NCBI GenBank assembly: GCA_904063045.1
Contig: CAJFCJ010000014.1
Coordinates: forward strand, 1 to 64,000
Direction of reading: 5' to 3'
Length of the DNA stretch: 64,000 nt
Source of the DNA: Dimorphilus gyrociliatus
Taxonomy: Eukaryota; Animalia; Annelida
Below, piece by piece: positions 24,601 through 38,554 of this stretch. Both the position numbers and the translations under genes were made by a program. The notes under the pieces were generated by a model. It saw only the letters and a program-made list of their open reading frames with translations, did not search any database and was not told the origin of the DNA. Position 1 is the first letter of the stretch, and every line of letters starts with the position of its first letter.

Positions 24601-27600
24601 TATTGAACTCTATTGAATGGCTGCTATCTTTGTTAGAGTTGGTCAGAAATCGTTGTATATTGCTATTCAATAGATCTTTTCTCGATATTAGAAATGCGTA
24701 ATGACTATCACACCATTTTGTAGCATCCTCATAGGGTAATGGTCCAAAATGAAAGTAGTAGCAAGATTTATCAATATCCTTCCATCCAGTAAGACCGCAA
24801 TAATTGCTGATATAGCTAGCTTGGGGGATATTTTCAAGAATGGGTGAGTAGTTTAGCTTTTGATTGGATGGATCGTATCTTCCATCATAAATCCTGCTAT
24901 GTACTTCTGAAGAAGCTGTATTTCTACCCCACCAATTTCTTGAACAGTCATTAGTTTCTTTACCAGCTATATGTGTCAAACAAGCAATTTGAAATCCTTC
25001 AGAAATATCATTTAGAATGTTATTGTTAATATGAATATTTAATGCTGAAGTTGCGATCCATGCTGATGTTCCTCTACCAAAAAATCCATTTTGATGAAAG
25101 ATACAATTTTGTATATTTAAACTTTTAATCATTGTAGTTTGTGAATAATGAAAGAGAACATTTCCACTGAGTCTATTATCATTGATGGTGCAGTTTGTCA
25201 TAGAAACATTGGCACCAGATACTTGAATTAAAAAAATATTGTTTGAACACTGTTCAATATGTGTTTGATGTATGTTAACTAAAATATTGTTATTGCCAAA
25301 TATATTCAATTGACGGGCATTGAAATTATGACGGAATGTACACTGAATGAAAGAAACTGTAAAATTGTCATTCAGAAATAAACCAGTTTTAAAAGTAGAA
25401 CATCTAATTCTAATTGAATCTGATATTGAATTTTGAATGTTTAAACGTTTGAAAAACAAATTAGAATGGTAAGCAGTAATATCAATTGAATGTCTGTTGG
25501 AAATGAAATTTAAATTTTCCATGTGAAAATAAGCTTTGAAATCTGCAGATTCAAAATGAATATTTATTGCAGTCTTGCTATTATTCGTAAATGAACTATT
25601 TAGAATGCTGAATTGTGGAGTTGTTTCCTGTTTACAATAGACATATTCCGGTTTGGCAAAGATTGCATATCCTGAAAATGATATCTGTAGTTTGATTGAA
25701 AGTGTTTGATATCTAAGATGTTTAACTGGTACATAGAATTCTGTTTTGTAAGCATGTTTCTCTAAATCAATTGTAGTTTCCTTGTTGCCATGAATTAAAA
25801 TTACTCTTTGCGTGGCTGAAACTCCTTTTAGAAAATATTTAAAAAAACAAATATCCTCGTTAAATCCAAAATTTTCATGAACCAGACTGCCACTTTGCAA
25901 TATCTGGCTTTCCAATTGCAGAACGTGCTCAAATGAATATATTCCATCATTTAGATTGAAAATAGAATAGCTTTTATTCTTCTCAATGGTTTCCATGGTA
26001 ACATTCCACTCAGATTCATATCTCCATCCGCATGTTGATTCTTTAAATGTACATTGAACAACTGTATAAAAAACAAGCAAAACAAACTGGTAGACCGGAA
26101 GCAGAGATTTATCTATTGAATCTCACTACTCACTTGGCCGTTTTACAGAAGAGACAATAAAACTTTCTCCATGATAAACTCCTCTTGTTACTAACTTGAT
26201 ATCATTTTCATAAATGAAGAATAGGTCAACCTGTAATAGAAATTATTTAATGAACTAGATAAGAGACAAGTGTATTTACTATTGGGCCAATACCCACATG
26301 TCGCACATATTGGAAATTGATATATTTAGAAAATGATAGCAGATATGAACTTTTCCCTTTTGGATAGATCCTCAATTGAGCATGAGGGGACCAAAAGATA
26401 ACTTTAACTTTAAAAATATATCCAGTTGGAACTATTAAATTTGTTTTGCAATAAATTTGACTAAAACTGGACCAAGTGAAATCGAACCATAATGGTCCAT
26501 CTTTTAAGTTGAAGACATTTTCCAGGGAACAGTAATAATTGGATAACCAAAATATTGCATTAAAAAAATTGTCTCTTCTCCTTTGATTTTTGACTTGTTG
26601 TGACTTAATTGGTTCTGAAATTTTACTAAAATGGCTATTTTCTATAACTACTCTGTTGAATAGGCCTATGAAATTCACTCCAATTTTACTTATAGACGTT
26701 TCTTGAATGTTAGATATTGTTACTGTATTATCCTCAACACTTCCAAATATACTTAAACCAATTTCTGATCTTGTAAAAAGGGAATCTTTTACGCTAATAT
26801 GCTTAATAAATGCCAAAGCCAGTGTAACACCTTCGAAATGGGCGTTTTGTATGGAAACAACTTCCCCATTCGAAATAAAAAATAACTCTAGTGTTTTCAA
26901 AGAGTGGCAGGAAAAAAGTGGCATAACGCTCTTATTCGTGTTGTCAACAATTTCACAATCAGTTAGCTTTGAAGTATTGTAACAATCCAATGCCCAGGTT
27001 GGATAATATTTCTCTTTTATATAATATAAATCTGGAATGTAATCCGGAGCTGGTAACCTCTTTAAATGATTACAAACAATTTTATTTATATGAATTAGGT
27101 CTAGTAGCTTATCTTCAAGCTTGTCTCGTATATTGAATTGTATTTGTTTGGTTCTTCCTCTCTGGTCTAAAGTCATTAGTAATGATTTTTTATTTAAGAA
27201 AAAGTCATTAAACTTTTGATGCGGCTGCTGCTGTTTCTCTTTCATCACTTTGATATGTTGTTGATGTATAGTTGTTGTTGTTGTTGACTTTTCAAAATAG
27301 ACATTTCCAAATACAGTTAGACTGGTTCCCTCTCTCAAAATAATTGTTGTATTTTGAGATAAAACTGTTAGATTTCCGTTAATTACCGTTTCATCTTGAA
27401 TGAAAACAGTTCCATTGAGTTGTAGGTTTCCTTTGATATATCCGCTCAGTTGTTTTTTGGGTAGATTTCTTTCTATATCATCAAAATATTTCAGTTTAGT
27501 CATGCCAATGTCGGAATAGCTGGGAGATAAATTAATTCTTGCAAATAGGCCATTCACTCTTCCATCATACAGTTTTCTATATGGATTTCCGGTTGTAATA

Positions 27601-30198
27601 AAATTACGAGTAATACTAAATTGACAAAGACTGCTGTGATTAAATCCGCACAGATACCGACTGTCAATTTCATAACCACTGCCTTCATTGTTGAAAATGT
27701 TCTCCGAAATGAATGGGAAAGTATCCCCTACGAGTTGTATGGATGCCGAAGAGACGTCATTCCCCGTGAAGATGTTGTTAGTAATGTAATAACGTTGATA
27801 ATGATGATGAGGGTAGATAAGGTCAGTTGTAATTACAAACTGAGCAATTATACCATGAACTTTGCAGTTTTTAACAAGATTATTTGAAAAATTAAGATTT
27901 GAATTTGAAATGTTAACTTTAAAGACATTAATCGATGTAAAATTTTCAATAATATTATTTCTGAGTATGATAGTCGAGTTGTTCCTCCTCGTTTCGAGTA
28001 TGTCAATGATAGGCCTACTAGATAAGCAATTGACCAAAGTATTATTCTCTATAACCATATCTAGTTGAGAATTGGAAGTTAAAACAAAGTGTTTAATGCG
28101 TAAGTTGACCAATGTATTATTAGCAATGGTTAAACTTTGTTGGGTAGTATAATTGCATGGATGTAACCAGAAAACAACAAAATAATCTCTTAGGGTTCTG
28201 TAAGATACCGAATCAGAAAAGTATTTGTACTGGATAGAATTTTCAAATCTATTGTTAATAGCAATGAAACGCCATTGTTTCATTGTTCGAAATGATGTTA
28301 TTTGAAGAAAATTTTCATGTAAATTGAATATGGCATTATCCCTCAAAATCAAAAAGTTTGGAGAATAAATAACAACATTTGAACTATTAAACTTATTTCT
28401 TTGAATGATAGAAGTTTGAACAGAATATAAAAAGATATTTGAGACAAAATGATTTTCCATTATTATCACTCTTCTAATCCTTTTTATCGCGACATTCATC
28501 TGCAACTTTGGATCCTTTATTTGGAGTTTAAATTATATAATATTGTCATGATAGATATAATACATAATTTACATAATACTGAGTCACGTGATCTAATTGG
28601 TTTAGTGAATCAGTTGACCATTTACAGAAAAAGTAAATTTTTTAAAATTTAATAATTTTAAATTCAAACTCCAAAAAATTGATTTCTTTTAAATTCTAAT
28701 GTGTTAATTTGAATATCTCGATTATTCCAAATACGAAGTCGACTTGATTTGAAATTACAATCAGTTATTGAAATGTTCCTATTTGAATTATGGTTAACTT
28801 GTTGGCCACTTAATAATCTCAAATGGGCATTATCTAAGTAACTTGATTGAATTGTTAACATTTTTGCAAAATCAAGTATGTCCATACCATAGTAACTTTT
28901 AACCAGTGTTGTATTAACTAATTTAAAATTTTGATTTCCATTTCCAAAATATACAATACAATATCGACTGTTTGCCAAATAGGAGTCTGATAGAATGCTT
29001 GTAGTCTCACCTGAAAAAAAGGAGAGGTAAATTTTATTCAACCTTGACCTTTTTTAATATTCATTTCACTTACCAATCTTGGATTTCTCTTTTGATAATA
29101 TCACAAGACCAAAGTAATTTTTATCCAAAATAATTGATGTAAGTTTGTAATTGTAGTTCCTTTTATCATTTTGTATAAAAATAGCTTCTTGTGATATTGA
29201 ATTTCGAATCTGTACATTTCTTTATGAAAAGTTGATATGGAAGAAAATAGTGTAATTTTACAGAGATTTAGAAAGCAACTCACTCAAATAAAATGACATT
29301 AGAATCTTTAAAGTAGAATGTTGCTTGTTCACTCTTTAAATTTGATATTGATACTTGTTTCGAATTCTTTGCCACAATACCGCTGTTTATTGTATCATGG
29401 TGTTTAGCTTTTATCATATATTTATATGCATATTTTGTTATTGTAACTGCAGCTATATATATTCAAAATAGGTATTCAATTTAGTAGATTTAAATTTAGT
29501 ATATTTTTCCACCATTTTTACTGACCTGATGTACAGTTTGCAGGATAATTTAAAGAACAACCATCAACTTGTACACATTGACGAAATTTAGAATATTCCT
29601 TAGAAATATGATGGGAACTTACTCCTGAATATTTTTCAAGCATCTAATAAAAAATAGATTGATTGTTTAAAATTTGATTGTAAAATTTTACAAAGTTGTT
29701 TTTTTTCTTTTACTTCGAGAAAATTTCCAGAATAATTTGGTAAACAGACAGGCAATAGTTTGTAATAGTTTTTATGCTTCCACATTATTTCTATATCTAT
29801 TATAAGAAGAAAAATTTGATTGTCATCTTTTAATACAAAATGCAAGACAAACTTGATTATTTACCTCTATTGCTATTAAAAAGGAATACTAAGGGATCAT
29901 TAGGATTCAATTCAACGTTCATAAAAATTGGATTATTTTCTAATCCATTCATAATCACTTTGCCATCTTCCACTATTATCTTACTAAATTGAGATACAAA
30001 TGTTAAACTTGCACCAGGATTGACAACCAGAGAGGTTGGTCTAATAATCCCACTGATGTTATGGCTTCCGGCAGGAATTACCAAGATTTTGTTATCAAAA
30101 GTCTCATTGTAATTTAAACTAGATACAAAAAACAAATTTTCTAAAACAATTATCATAAAAAAACAAAAAATATTCCAAAAATTGTCTGCTGGAGCCAT
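18635..30198 (-). CDS. Giant (roughly 3,500+ aa) single-pass membrane protein: signal peptide, parallel beta-helix repeats, MAM-like, beta-helix, C-type lectin, EGF, PSI, VWD, ~10 tenascin-type EGF, 2 cadherin-like domains, TM
   Basis: Collinear minus-strand ORFs 29857-30198, 28664-29041, 26247-28505, 22835-26080, 22239-22838 and 18635-21772 with short gaps. One junction was checked by hand: ...SSVKRP|gtgagt...atacag|IVQCTFKESTCGW. Motifs: RNWWG...SRIYDG (bark beetle/Anakonda-like), CYYFHFGPLPYEDATKWC (CTL), SCATCVKNDGCGWCDTTQRC (PSI), WGDPHLETLDGRTFDY (VWD), IQANDTDTG and IEATDVDSG (cadherin), TM IYLIIGISSAIFMIILVLVIAICLII. The full exon chain was not verified. Confidence 0.8.
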
Positions 30199-30646
30199 TT
30201 TGCTGTAGTCTTTAAGAGAGAAAATATGACACTAGATTTTAAAATTACGCCAGGGGATTCATTTCTAGTTGACATTAGTATTTATTTCAAAAACTATTGT
30301 GAAAGAAAATGTCATTTACAAAGGTAAAAAAAATATCTTTTGAAATTGAAGCAGGAAGAAAATTTCATGATTTTTTGGATTTTTTTCTTCAGTTGTTTGA
30401 TAGTATAATTATTTAAGTCTATATTGGTTTAGTAAAGAATCCCATTCATTGGTTGTATGATATTTACTTTGCACTTGCTTGAGAATTTTATTGATTCTGC
30501 ATTGATAGACAGTAATTGGAAGTTTAGCTTTAATATGAAAAGTTTTGGAGCGTGTCCAATTTTCTTGAAATAATATAATTGGGAAAACCTGGCTCCACGC
30601 TCCACTAAATCACACTGAAACAGACTGTTCTTAATAGCTTGTTGAC

Positions 30647-30853
30647 GGGGTCGACAGAAAACGTCCACAAATGAGAAATTTCAAGACAAAAATTGGGATT
30701 GAGAAATGGTTAGGCAGAAGAAGACAACAACTGATTTGTACTTAGCAGGATCTCCTCTAAGGGTTAGGAGTAATGGAAAAGGTTAGGTACAGCTAAGGGC
30801 TGGGTTAGGGTTAGGGTAAAAGTATTGATTTGTGGACGTTTTCTGTCGTATCC
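30647..30853. mobile_element. 207-bp MITE, copy 1
   Basis: Perfect 21-bp inverted repeat CGACAGAAAACGTCCACAAAT (30652-30672 / 30828-30848) and internal GGGTTAGGGTTAGGG. Closely similar to 56877-57083. No TSD visible here. Confidence 0.9.
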
Positions 30854-30903
30854 ATAGGCTGGAGTGATTCAGCATTTCTCAAGCTGTCCATTTTTGGTTT
30901 CTT

Positions 30904-31110
30904 TTACTGTCTTTTCATCTTGGGTGTTACTATTTTCAGTCTCCCACTTCTAGGCCTATCTTTTAACAATTTTGTTTCTAAAAACTTTTTAATATTCTGA
31001 ACAGTTTTTGGGCTGCACTTATAGAGTTTTGCCACCTTCCTGATAGACATACCAGGCTTTTGAAGAGTATTCAAGATTGATATTCTCGTGTATTCTGAAA
31101 AATTCACCAT
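30904..31110 (-). pseudogene. Tc1-family transposase N-terminal HTH fragment
   Basis: GMSIRKVAKLYKCSPKTVQNI...KDRPRSGR is the typical paired-like HTH plus GRPR-type motif. No catalytic domain follows. Confidence 0.8.
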
Positions 31111-32733
31111 TTTTCTTAACTTTTGTTATATTATACTTAAATTGATGTGCCATATATAAACAACCTTAAATAATATTAAAGTGACACTAAGTAACGTTTA
31201 CAGCAAATTTTAAGAATATAGCAGACACTAATGGCCTACTAAAAATAGGCCTCCTATTTATTATACTAAAGAACTAGGCTTAGATAAATGATATTTATGG
31301 TGGAGAGTAGATATGGGATGTCTGCATTAATAAATCAATGGCTGTCAATTTGTTCAACTTGAAATCATCCCACAAATCAAATTTGGATGTCAATATATTT
31401 TTCCTATAGATGCTTGTAAATCTTTTTCTCAGATGATAATTTTTTGTAAACTGCAATCAATTGGTTTGTTTTTGTAAGGGCTATTCTGAAGGGTAATCAA
31501 TGGTCTTATCTTTAAAAAAATTTGACTACAATATAGAAAATTTTGTCTAGTTTTATGAGTAATTTTCTCCTAGTTAACAAATTATTTACATATTTTCGTG
31601 AGTATGTATAATTAGATACAAAAAATTTTTGACAAGTCCTCATATAATCCCTAACCCTAAGACCTAACCCTAACTAAGCAATATGTCTTTATAATGTTGT
31701 ATCTAAGACAAACCCTATCCCAAAATATTTGAACAATATCAGTATTTCATTTATACTCTTCAGTGAATATACAATGTTTAAAAATATCTGTGGAAATAGA
31801 AGTTTGTTCTACTCATCAACATCATTCTTCATCTTATTTGATAATTTTGAACAATGGTTATATTACAATCAATAATTACAACAAAAAAAGTTATATGTAG
31901 CTTTTTTAAATAATTTAGACTAGTTTAAAAATTTTGGACTTATTCATGATGAATTACAAAGATTAAAAAGAGAGGATCAGGGAGAATAATATGGACAAAG
32001 TCTTTAATGATTGTTAACATAAATACAGGAAAATGATGATAGCTAGATCCCATTGTAATTAGTGTGATAATTATGTATTAATCTTTTATTGGAATTAACT
32101 ACTCAGTTGATAATAAATGAGTTTTATATATCAAAAATATATTTATTGTATTTTTTTAGAATTCAAGAGTCCTTTTTCTCAAGAAAGAACGGACAAGCTT
32201 CCCAAAGGCAAATATATCACATTTTATCATCCCCCCTTCCAAAGGAACTAAAAATTTTGTAGACATAATAACTTTACAAGCCGCTTTTGTCATCTGAAAA
32301 TATTTTCAAATTAATGCAAAAAATAAGTATTTCATCATGTTCCTTTTTTTTTTTACAGTATATGATATCAGATCCATGTTAATGTGACCATCAAAACTGA
32401 AATTATATTCATGACAAAAAGATATAGTAGATAGTGTTTCTTTTGAAATGTAAACAATCATTAAAAGGTCATTAAACTTTCCATAAGAATTTAATGATGT
32501 TAAATCATTTGTTTTTTTAAAATACAAATTATTTTTTTCTTGAACTTCTTGACAAAAAGAGAGACCTTTTTTTTAAAGAAAAAAATATATAATTTTTTTT
32601 TTATACTTTAAAAAAACTGTATGCTTCTCTCTTTTTTTATTACATGAAAGATGCTGTTTTCTAATTATTTCAGTATTCTTTGTTTCACTTTAAAAAGAAA
32701 ATTTTTTAGGAATTTAAAAGAAAAAAAAAACAG

Positions 32734-35700
32734 TTACATTTGTTTAATGATAGCTTGATTTTTATTTTCTATCTTCTTTAAGATTTCAGCATATGAATGA
32801 AAAAAAGGATTTAAAACAGAATTCATGGGTACCAAAACAAGAATGATGATTGAATACAACTCATTGCTCATTTGAACATTTATGAAAATTGAAATTATTC
32901 CTGAAAATTTAGTAAAAAAGAAAAGTTATATTCAAAATAAAATATATAAGATTTTAATGGTTCTTTAACACTTTTCAGGGTTCAGTATGCTATTTTAGTA
33001 GTAATGTTATCCTATAACTCTTTGGTTGCCTAATCCTGAAAGTTGTTGAAACAGTATCTCTCTATCAGTGTGGAATAAAAAATACATTTTGATTCTCTGT
33101 TTGTCACTAAGGGGAGAGAATTTGCATTCTATTTTATTATACTTATGATTAATTCTTAAACTTTTCTAGCTTTTTGAGACAACAAAAGCTGTTTGAAACC
33201 CTATGAAAAATAATTTTTACGACACATTGTGTAGATGATACAGAAAATATTAATTTTCTTATTTGAACAATTATCATTATAATTTTGCATTAAAGTTTCT
33301 ATTTTCTGTCTCATAAAATTTGAAATTTCCTAAATCATTTGCCAACCTAAAATTGATAGTGGTAGAGAACAAAGAAGATTTGAGATAATAATCAAATAGA
33401 CAGATTTTGACAATGATTTATTCCTCCTGTTTTTAACCATAAAATGTTTCCTACTCTTTTTAACAATAGAAACAATTTTAAAGTAAAAAATGCTATTAAC
33501 AACTGATATAACAAAAATCATAATTCCAAAAATGATTAAAGAATACCATGATGAAATGTTTGAATCACTTCTTATATGAAGTTTAAAACAAATTGGGGAA
33601 TTGTCAAAATAATTCTAAGAAATTGAATAAAATATTTTAAATAGTTCAAGTTGAAAAAAAGAACTTTTTACTTCAAAAAAATAGATTGGAAAGAAACCAA
33701 GGAAAAAACTTAAACCCAAATATATAAATGTTATAAAAGTATTGATTTTCCAACTTAAAAATTGATGCATTGGATACTTGACTACAAAATATTTTTGAAA
33801 ACTAATAAGACATAAACTAATAGTTGAACAGATTAATGCAAAATTCATAATTCCTCCAATAAATTTACAAATAAATCCAGATATCCAAATAGCTTCGTGT
33901 TCGAAAAATGTTCCTTTAAAATATTTATTTGTCACGGCAATAGTTATTAAATACGACGCTATTAAGAGGTCAGAAAATGACATTGTTATATAAAATCCAT
34001 TATACTTCTTCTTTACAGACAGAAAATGAAATGTTAATGTCAATATATTTAGTAAAATGCCAAATAGGCCTAAAAACCATAAGAATATATCCAAATATTT
34101 GGACGCAATTAAATCGGAACACGTGTTGACAATTGAAGAGGATGGTGAACAAAACTGAATAGATTCTGCATATTTTTTTGTCAAACAGCATGCTGTAAAA
34201 TATTTACTTTTCAAAATTTTTAATTTATTCAAAGGTTGAATTAAATTTTTTAATTGTCTATATGGAAGTTCTGTTAGAGATAAATCCAAAAAATGTATAT
34301 TATTCTTTAAAAGAACATTTTTTTCAATTGTATCTATTGTACAGCCTCTCAGAGAAAAGTAGGTCAACATTCTAACCTTTGAAAAAGTGACTGCATTTAA
34401 AGTAGTAATTTTTGTATAAGATAAATCTAATTTTCTAAGAAAAGTTGATAAAGTCAATTGAGAAATTGTTTGTAATGGATTAAAAGATATATCTAAAATT
34501 TCTAGAATATTCTCTTTCGTTATATTTTGATATTTAAAGTGTTGAATATTATTTCTTGTTAAATTTAAAACAATTAAATTTGGAGTTGAAAATCTTTCTA
34601 AAAAATCTTTCAAATTGCTATCAACAATTTCTAATTTTGTCAATTTTGTTGATATATATGACTCAGTTAATAATTTAAAATTAATTATGCTTAATCCTTT
34701 AATATGATGAGGAATTGAAGTTAGTTGAAATTTTTCTCTCCCATTCAAAATATTTGATTGACATTGATATTCATAAAAAAGTTGACAGGAACATTTCCTT
34801 GGACAATAGGAAATATTTTTAGAACAAAATATTTCATCATTTCCTCTTTTACAATTAATTATACCATCACAAATTCTGCTTATATTTATATATTTCATTT
34901 CCTGTTCACATTTGAAAAAACCTTGTGGTTTAAAATATTCTGTTGGACAAAATTTATTGAATAGATATTGAAACAATTTTTATGCTTTCTTTCTACTCAA
35001 CAAAACTCACTACAATTAAATTCATCATCACCATACCAACAATGATTAATTCCATCGCAAACTTGTTCAATAGATATACAATATCTAGATGATTGGCAAA
35101 GATATTCCCCTTTCAAACATTTCTCTCTATCACAATATTTAATTAATGAAAATGGCTCCCTAACTCTAACATCTAAATTTCCAACTGAATTATACTTGAG
35201 GCTACATTTCTTTTTATAATTGTTGACATTTTGATATCTGTTGAAAAAGAACAGTTGAAAGTGATCCAATACAATTATATCATACCTTTCGGAGAGTATT
35301 GAATCAAATTTCTTATCACATTCTACAGAATCTTCATCTGTGCCATCATAACAATCATATACAAAATCACATATAATATCTTTTGATTGACACTTATTAT
35401 TACAGAGAAAATGTGTTTTTGGATTGCAGCCTATAACATTATCTTTCAATATTCAACTATCAAAAAGACTTGTTTTCCTCACCAAAAGAATTATTTCCAT
35501 AAGATTTATAACTACTACAGTCTTCATCACTTGAATCATGACAATTTCTCTCATTATCACAAGTTTCACTTCTCTCAATGCATTGTTTATTTTTACAAGA
35601 TCTAATAATAAAAAACAATGAAATAACAATAATTTAAGGCAAATGCTTAACATTTGAATTGATGAACAAGATTTGTGTTCTTTTAGAGAAAAACTGTTTG

Positions 35701-37578
35701 TTAAAAGCATAAACTTATCATAAATATTTTACCGCAAAAAATCTCATCCGATTTATCATTACAATCATATCTATAATCGCAAACATTTTGATACGGAACA
35801 CTTTGATTATTTGATTGACATTGAAATTTGAAATATTCAGAACAATTTCTCTCGTCTTCTCCGTTAGAACAATCATATTTTCCATCACAAACTTGAATTA
35901 ATGAAATACAAATGTTTTCGTAAGAACAATGAAAAGTTGTACCAGTACAAGATACAGAAAGGATTAGATGCCTTTTCCAGACATTCAAACTAAATGAATT
36001 TTTGGCTGATATTTCATAAAAAAAAAAAGTTATAATAATAATAGTGACAAATGCCAAAGTTTTACTTGTTGAAACTTGACAAACTAGAAACATTCTGATC
36101 AGTTGCTGACATGGAACGCTTCTTTTTACATAAACAAATTGACTTGTACGCTCCACCATATCTCTTTTTATAAGATAGCATCTACTTCTTGGATAATTAC
36201 TAGATGTAAGTTGAGCACGTGTTTTAAATATCTGAGGTTGAATATCAAACTCTTTCCCCCTAACTAGAAAATTATCCTAAATATAGAATATTTTAAGTAG
36301 TTATTACTTAAAGTAAAAATGATTGTTTACTTCCATATAGAATCCTGACCAAAAAGTGGGAGGCATATTTGTTGGAGTTCTTAGACTAGTGTCATTTGTT
36401 TCTTTCATTGCTATGGGAATATTTGAAAGATAAATTTATGATAAATTTGTTAATATGACTACTAATTAACCAATTGTAATAACTAGTCCATATTTCATAA
36501 CAAAACTAACAGGGTCATAAATATCAATTAAATAAGTTTTGCTTTTTTCATTTTCATAAAAGTAAATTCTTTTATAAAATAATAATTCTAAAATTCTAGA
36601 TTCATAATTTAACGGTTCGTCCATCATATTTAAACCTTTTTCTTTACATTTTTCCATTGAATTAATTGTAGATAATTTGTCTCTTTGATTAAAAATATAA
36701 TAGCATGTATCATAAATTTTCATATCATCATTTTGGGGACAGGCTTTAAAAAAAAAGAAACATTGCGTAATCACTTCTATGCTCAATTTTCTTTTTTTTT
36801 ACCAGTTTCTCTTTTTCTTGAACATTGAACTTGAAAAGTTGCATGAATATCCTGTTTTATTCTATCCTCTCTAAAATGGTGGATGTATCAATAATTGAAA
36901 TTAGTTTTTTTCGACAATTAGATATATTTTTTATTTTACACAATTCCTAAATCTGTTTTACTTTCTGAGAGAAATCTGCAATTCTGAATATATGAATCAT
37001 TTTTCAAACACTGAACATCATAATTGTTGGGTAGAAAGTGTTCATATATTTTCAATTTCATTGTTGGAAGAATAATAATTGTTCCAGAAAAATATCCAAA
37101 ATATTGACAAACAAGATTAATTTCATGCGAATTAGTTGTTAATAGGCTGACTGGATTCCATGTTTTATCCATATAAATCTCTAATACCCCATCAATTTCC
37201 AATTTGTTTTCATCTGTTTTGTAATAATTACCAAAATTTTCATTAAATATTCTCATTTCTTTTTCTATTGTGGGAAAAAAAAGTTAATATTTTCCAAATA
37301 TTCAAAAAAAAAAAAACAAATTGAAAAAATTGAATAATGGAACCAGTTGAATTTCTTTCTTTATCGCAAAAAACATTTAAATATGTTACATAAACATCTT
37401 GATTTTGAAATATGCAACTATCTTTGGAATTATTTGTATATTTACAAAAATCATATTCATTTTGAGTGTTGTTCTTCAAATTTAAAAAATATATTTCTTT
37501 TTGAATTTTATATGTGCTTAAAGATACTAACCAGTGATATGATTTGAACATCATTATCATCATAAGAACAGTAATCAT
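32734..37578 (-). CDS. GRL101-like receptor gene 2: SRCR-like and C-type-lectin-like N-terminus, LDLa repeats, LRRs, 7TM
   Basis: Exons with DGVLEIYMDKTWNPV...LVCQYFGY (SRCR-like), CPQNDDMKIYDTCYYIF (CTL-like), about five LDLa repeats, LRRs, CSDLI hinge, TM1 GLFGILLNIL, TM3 LISFQKYFVV, TM6 IIISNLLCSLPL, TM7 VLVPMNSVLNPFFHSY, stop at 32734. Confidence 0.85.
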
Positions 37579-38554
37579 AAGAATGATATTGACTTTGCTA
37601 AAAATATTTTTTTTGCTATCTTTCTAATAGTAAAACAAAAACAAAACAATAAATACTTACATCTTTAACATTCGAACTTTCATAACTGCTCTTTGGCTTT
37701 CTTCCTCTAACTTTACCTCTTTGAGCACAAATATACCTTTCAATTTTTTCGCTTATTCTCGCTCTATCTTTACTTCGTTTTAAAGAAATAACCTTTTGAT
37801 AGTCTGAATAGATTTTCCAATTTGTAGAATATAGAGATATGGTTTTATAATGTGAAATTGTAAATGATTCACAAAAAATATTTCCTTCAGGGTATCTTTT
37901 CAAGTTTGCATAATTTGTATAATTTATTGCTGATTCATCAAAACCAATAAGTTCTTTTCTTCTTTTTCCAGAATTATGGTATTTAAGATATATAAAGTTG
38001 GCCTTTGCACAAATTAAATCTGATTGAATTTCAGAAATTACGTAATATCCTCTTCTTTTAATGCGTAAAATAGGTTGAAGACGTTTTGAATGACCATATT
38101 GATCCAGTTGTAAATAAAGATCTGATAAGGAGAATATTTTTTATGAAAATATAGAGTAGCAAAGCATAATATCATTTTTTCATTGAATGCTAGATTATAC
38201 CAATACATCAGTAAAGAGTCTTTTAATAAAATAAAGTATACCATTGTCCTTTGAACAAATACTATATTCATAATAGAGCAGATCATAACCAAGTTTATTG
38301 CACAACATTTTATAAGCTGGTATTTTACAGTTTTCATATTGAATTGATAATTTTAACTTTAATAAGGCATAAAAGTTAGTATTGATTACATCAACATTTC
38401 TTTTTATGTATAGAGAGAGAGAGAGAGAGAGAGAAAAAAAATAAGAATGAAAACCATAGCTGAGTGAAAAAAGAAATTGTCATTAATTTTCAATGTTTTT
38501 TTTCTTGTATTAAAATCACTTTTTCAGGAAAAGGAAAGCATAAAAGAAAAAATA

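Noticed and set aside
38413-38433. (AG)n and (TA)n microsatellites here and at ~51597, ~52087 and ~59056
   Set aside because: Ordinary short simple repeats.
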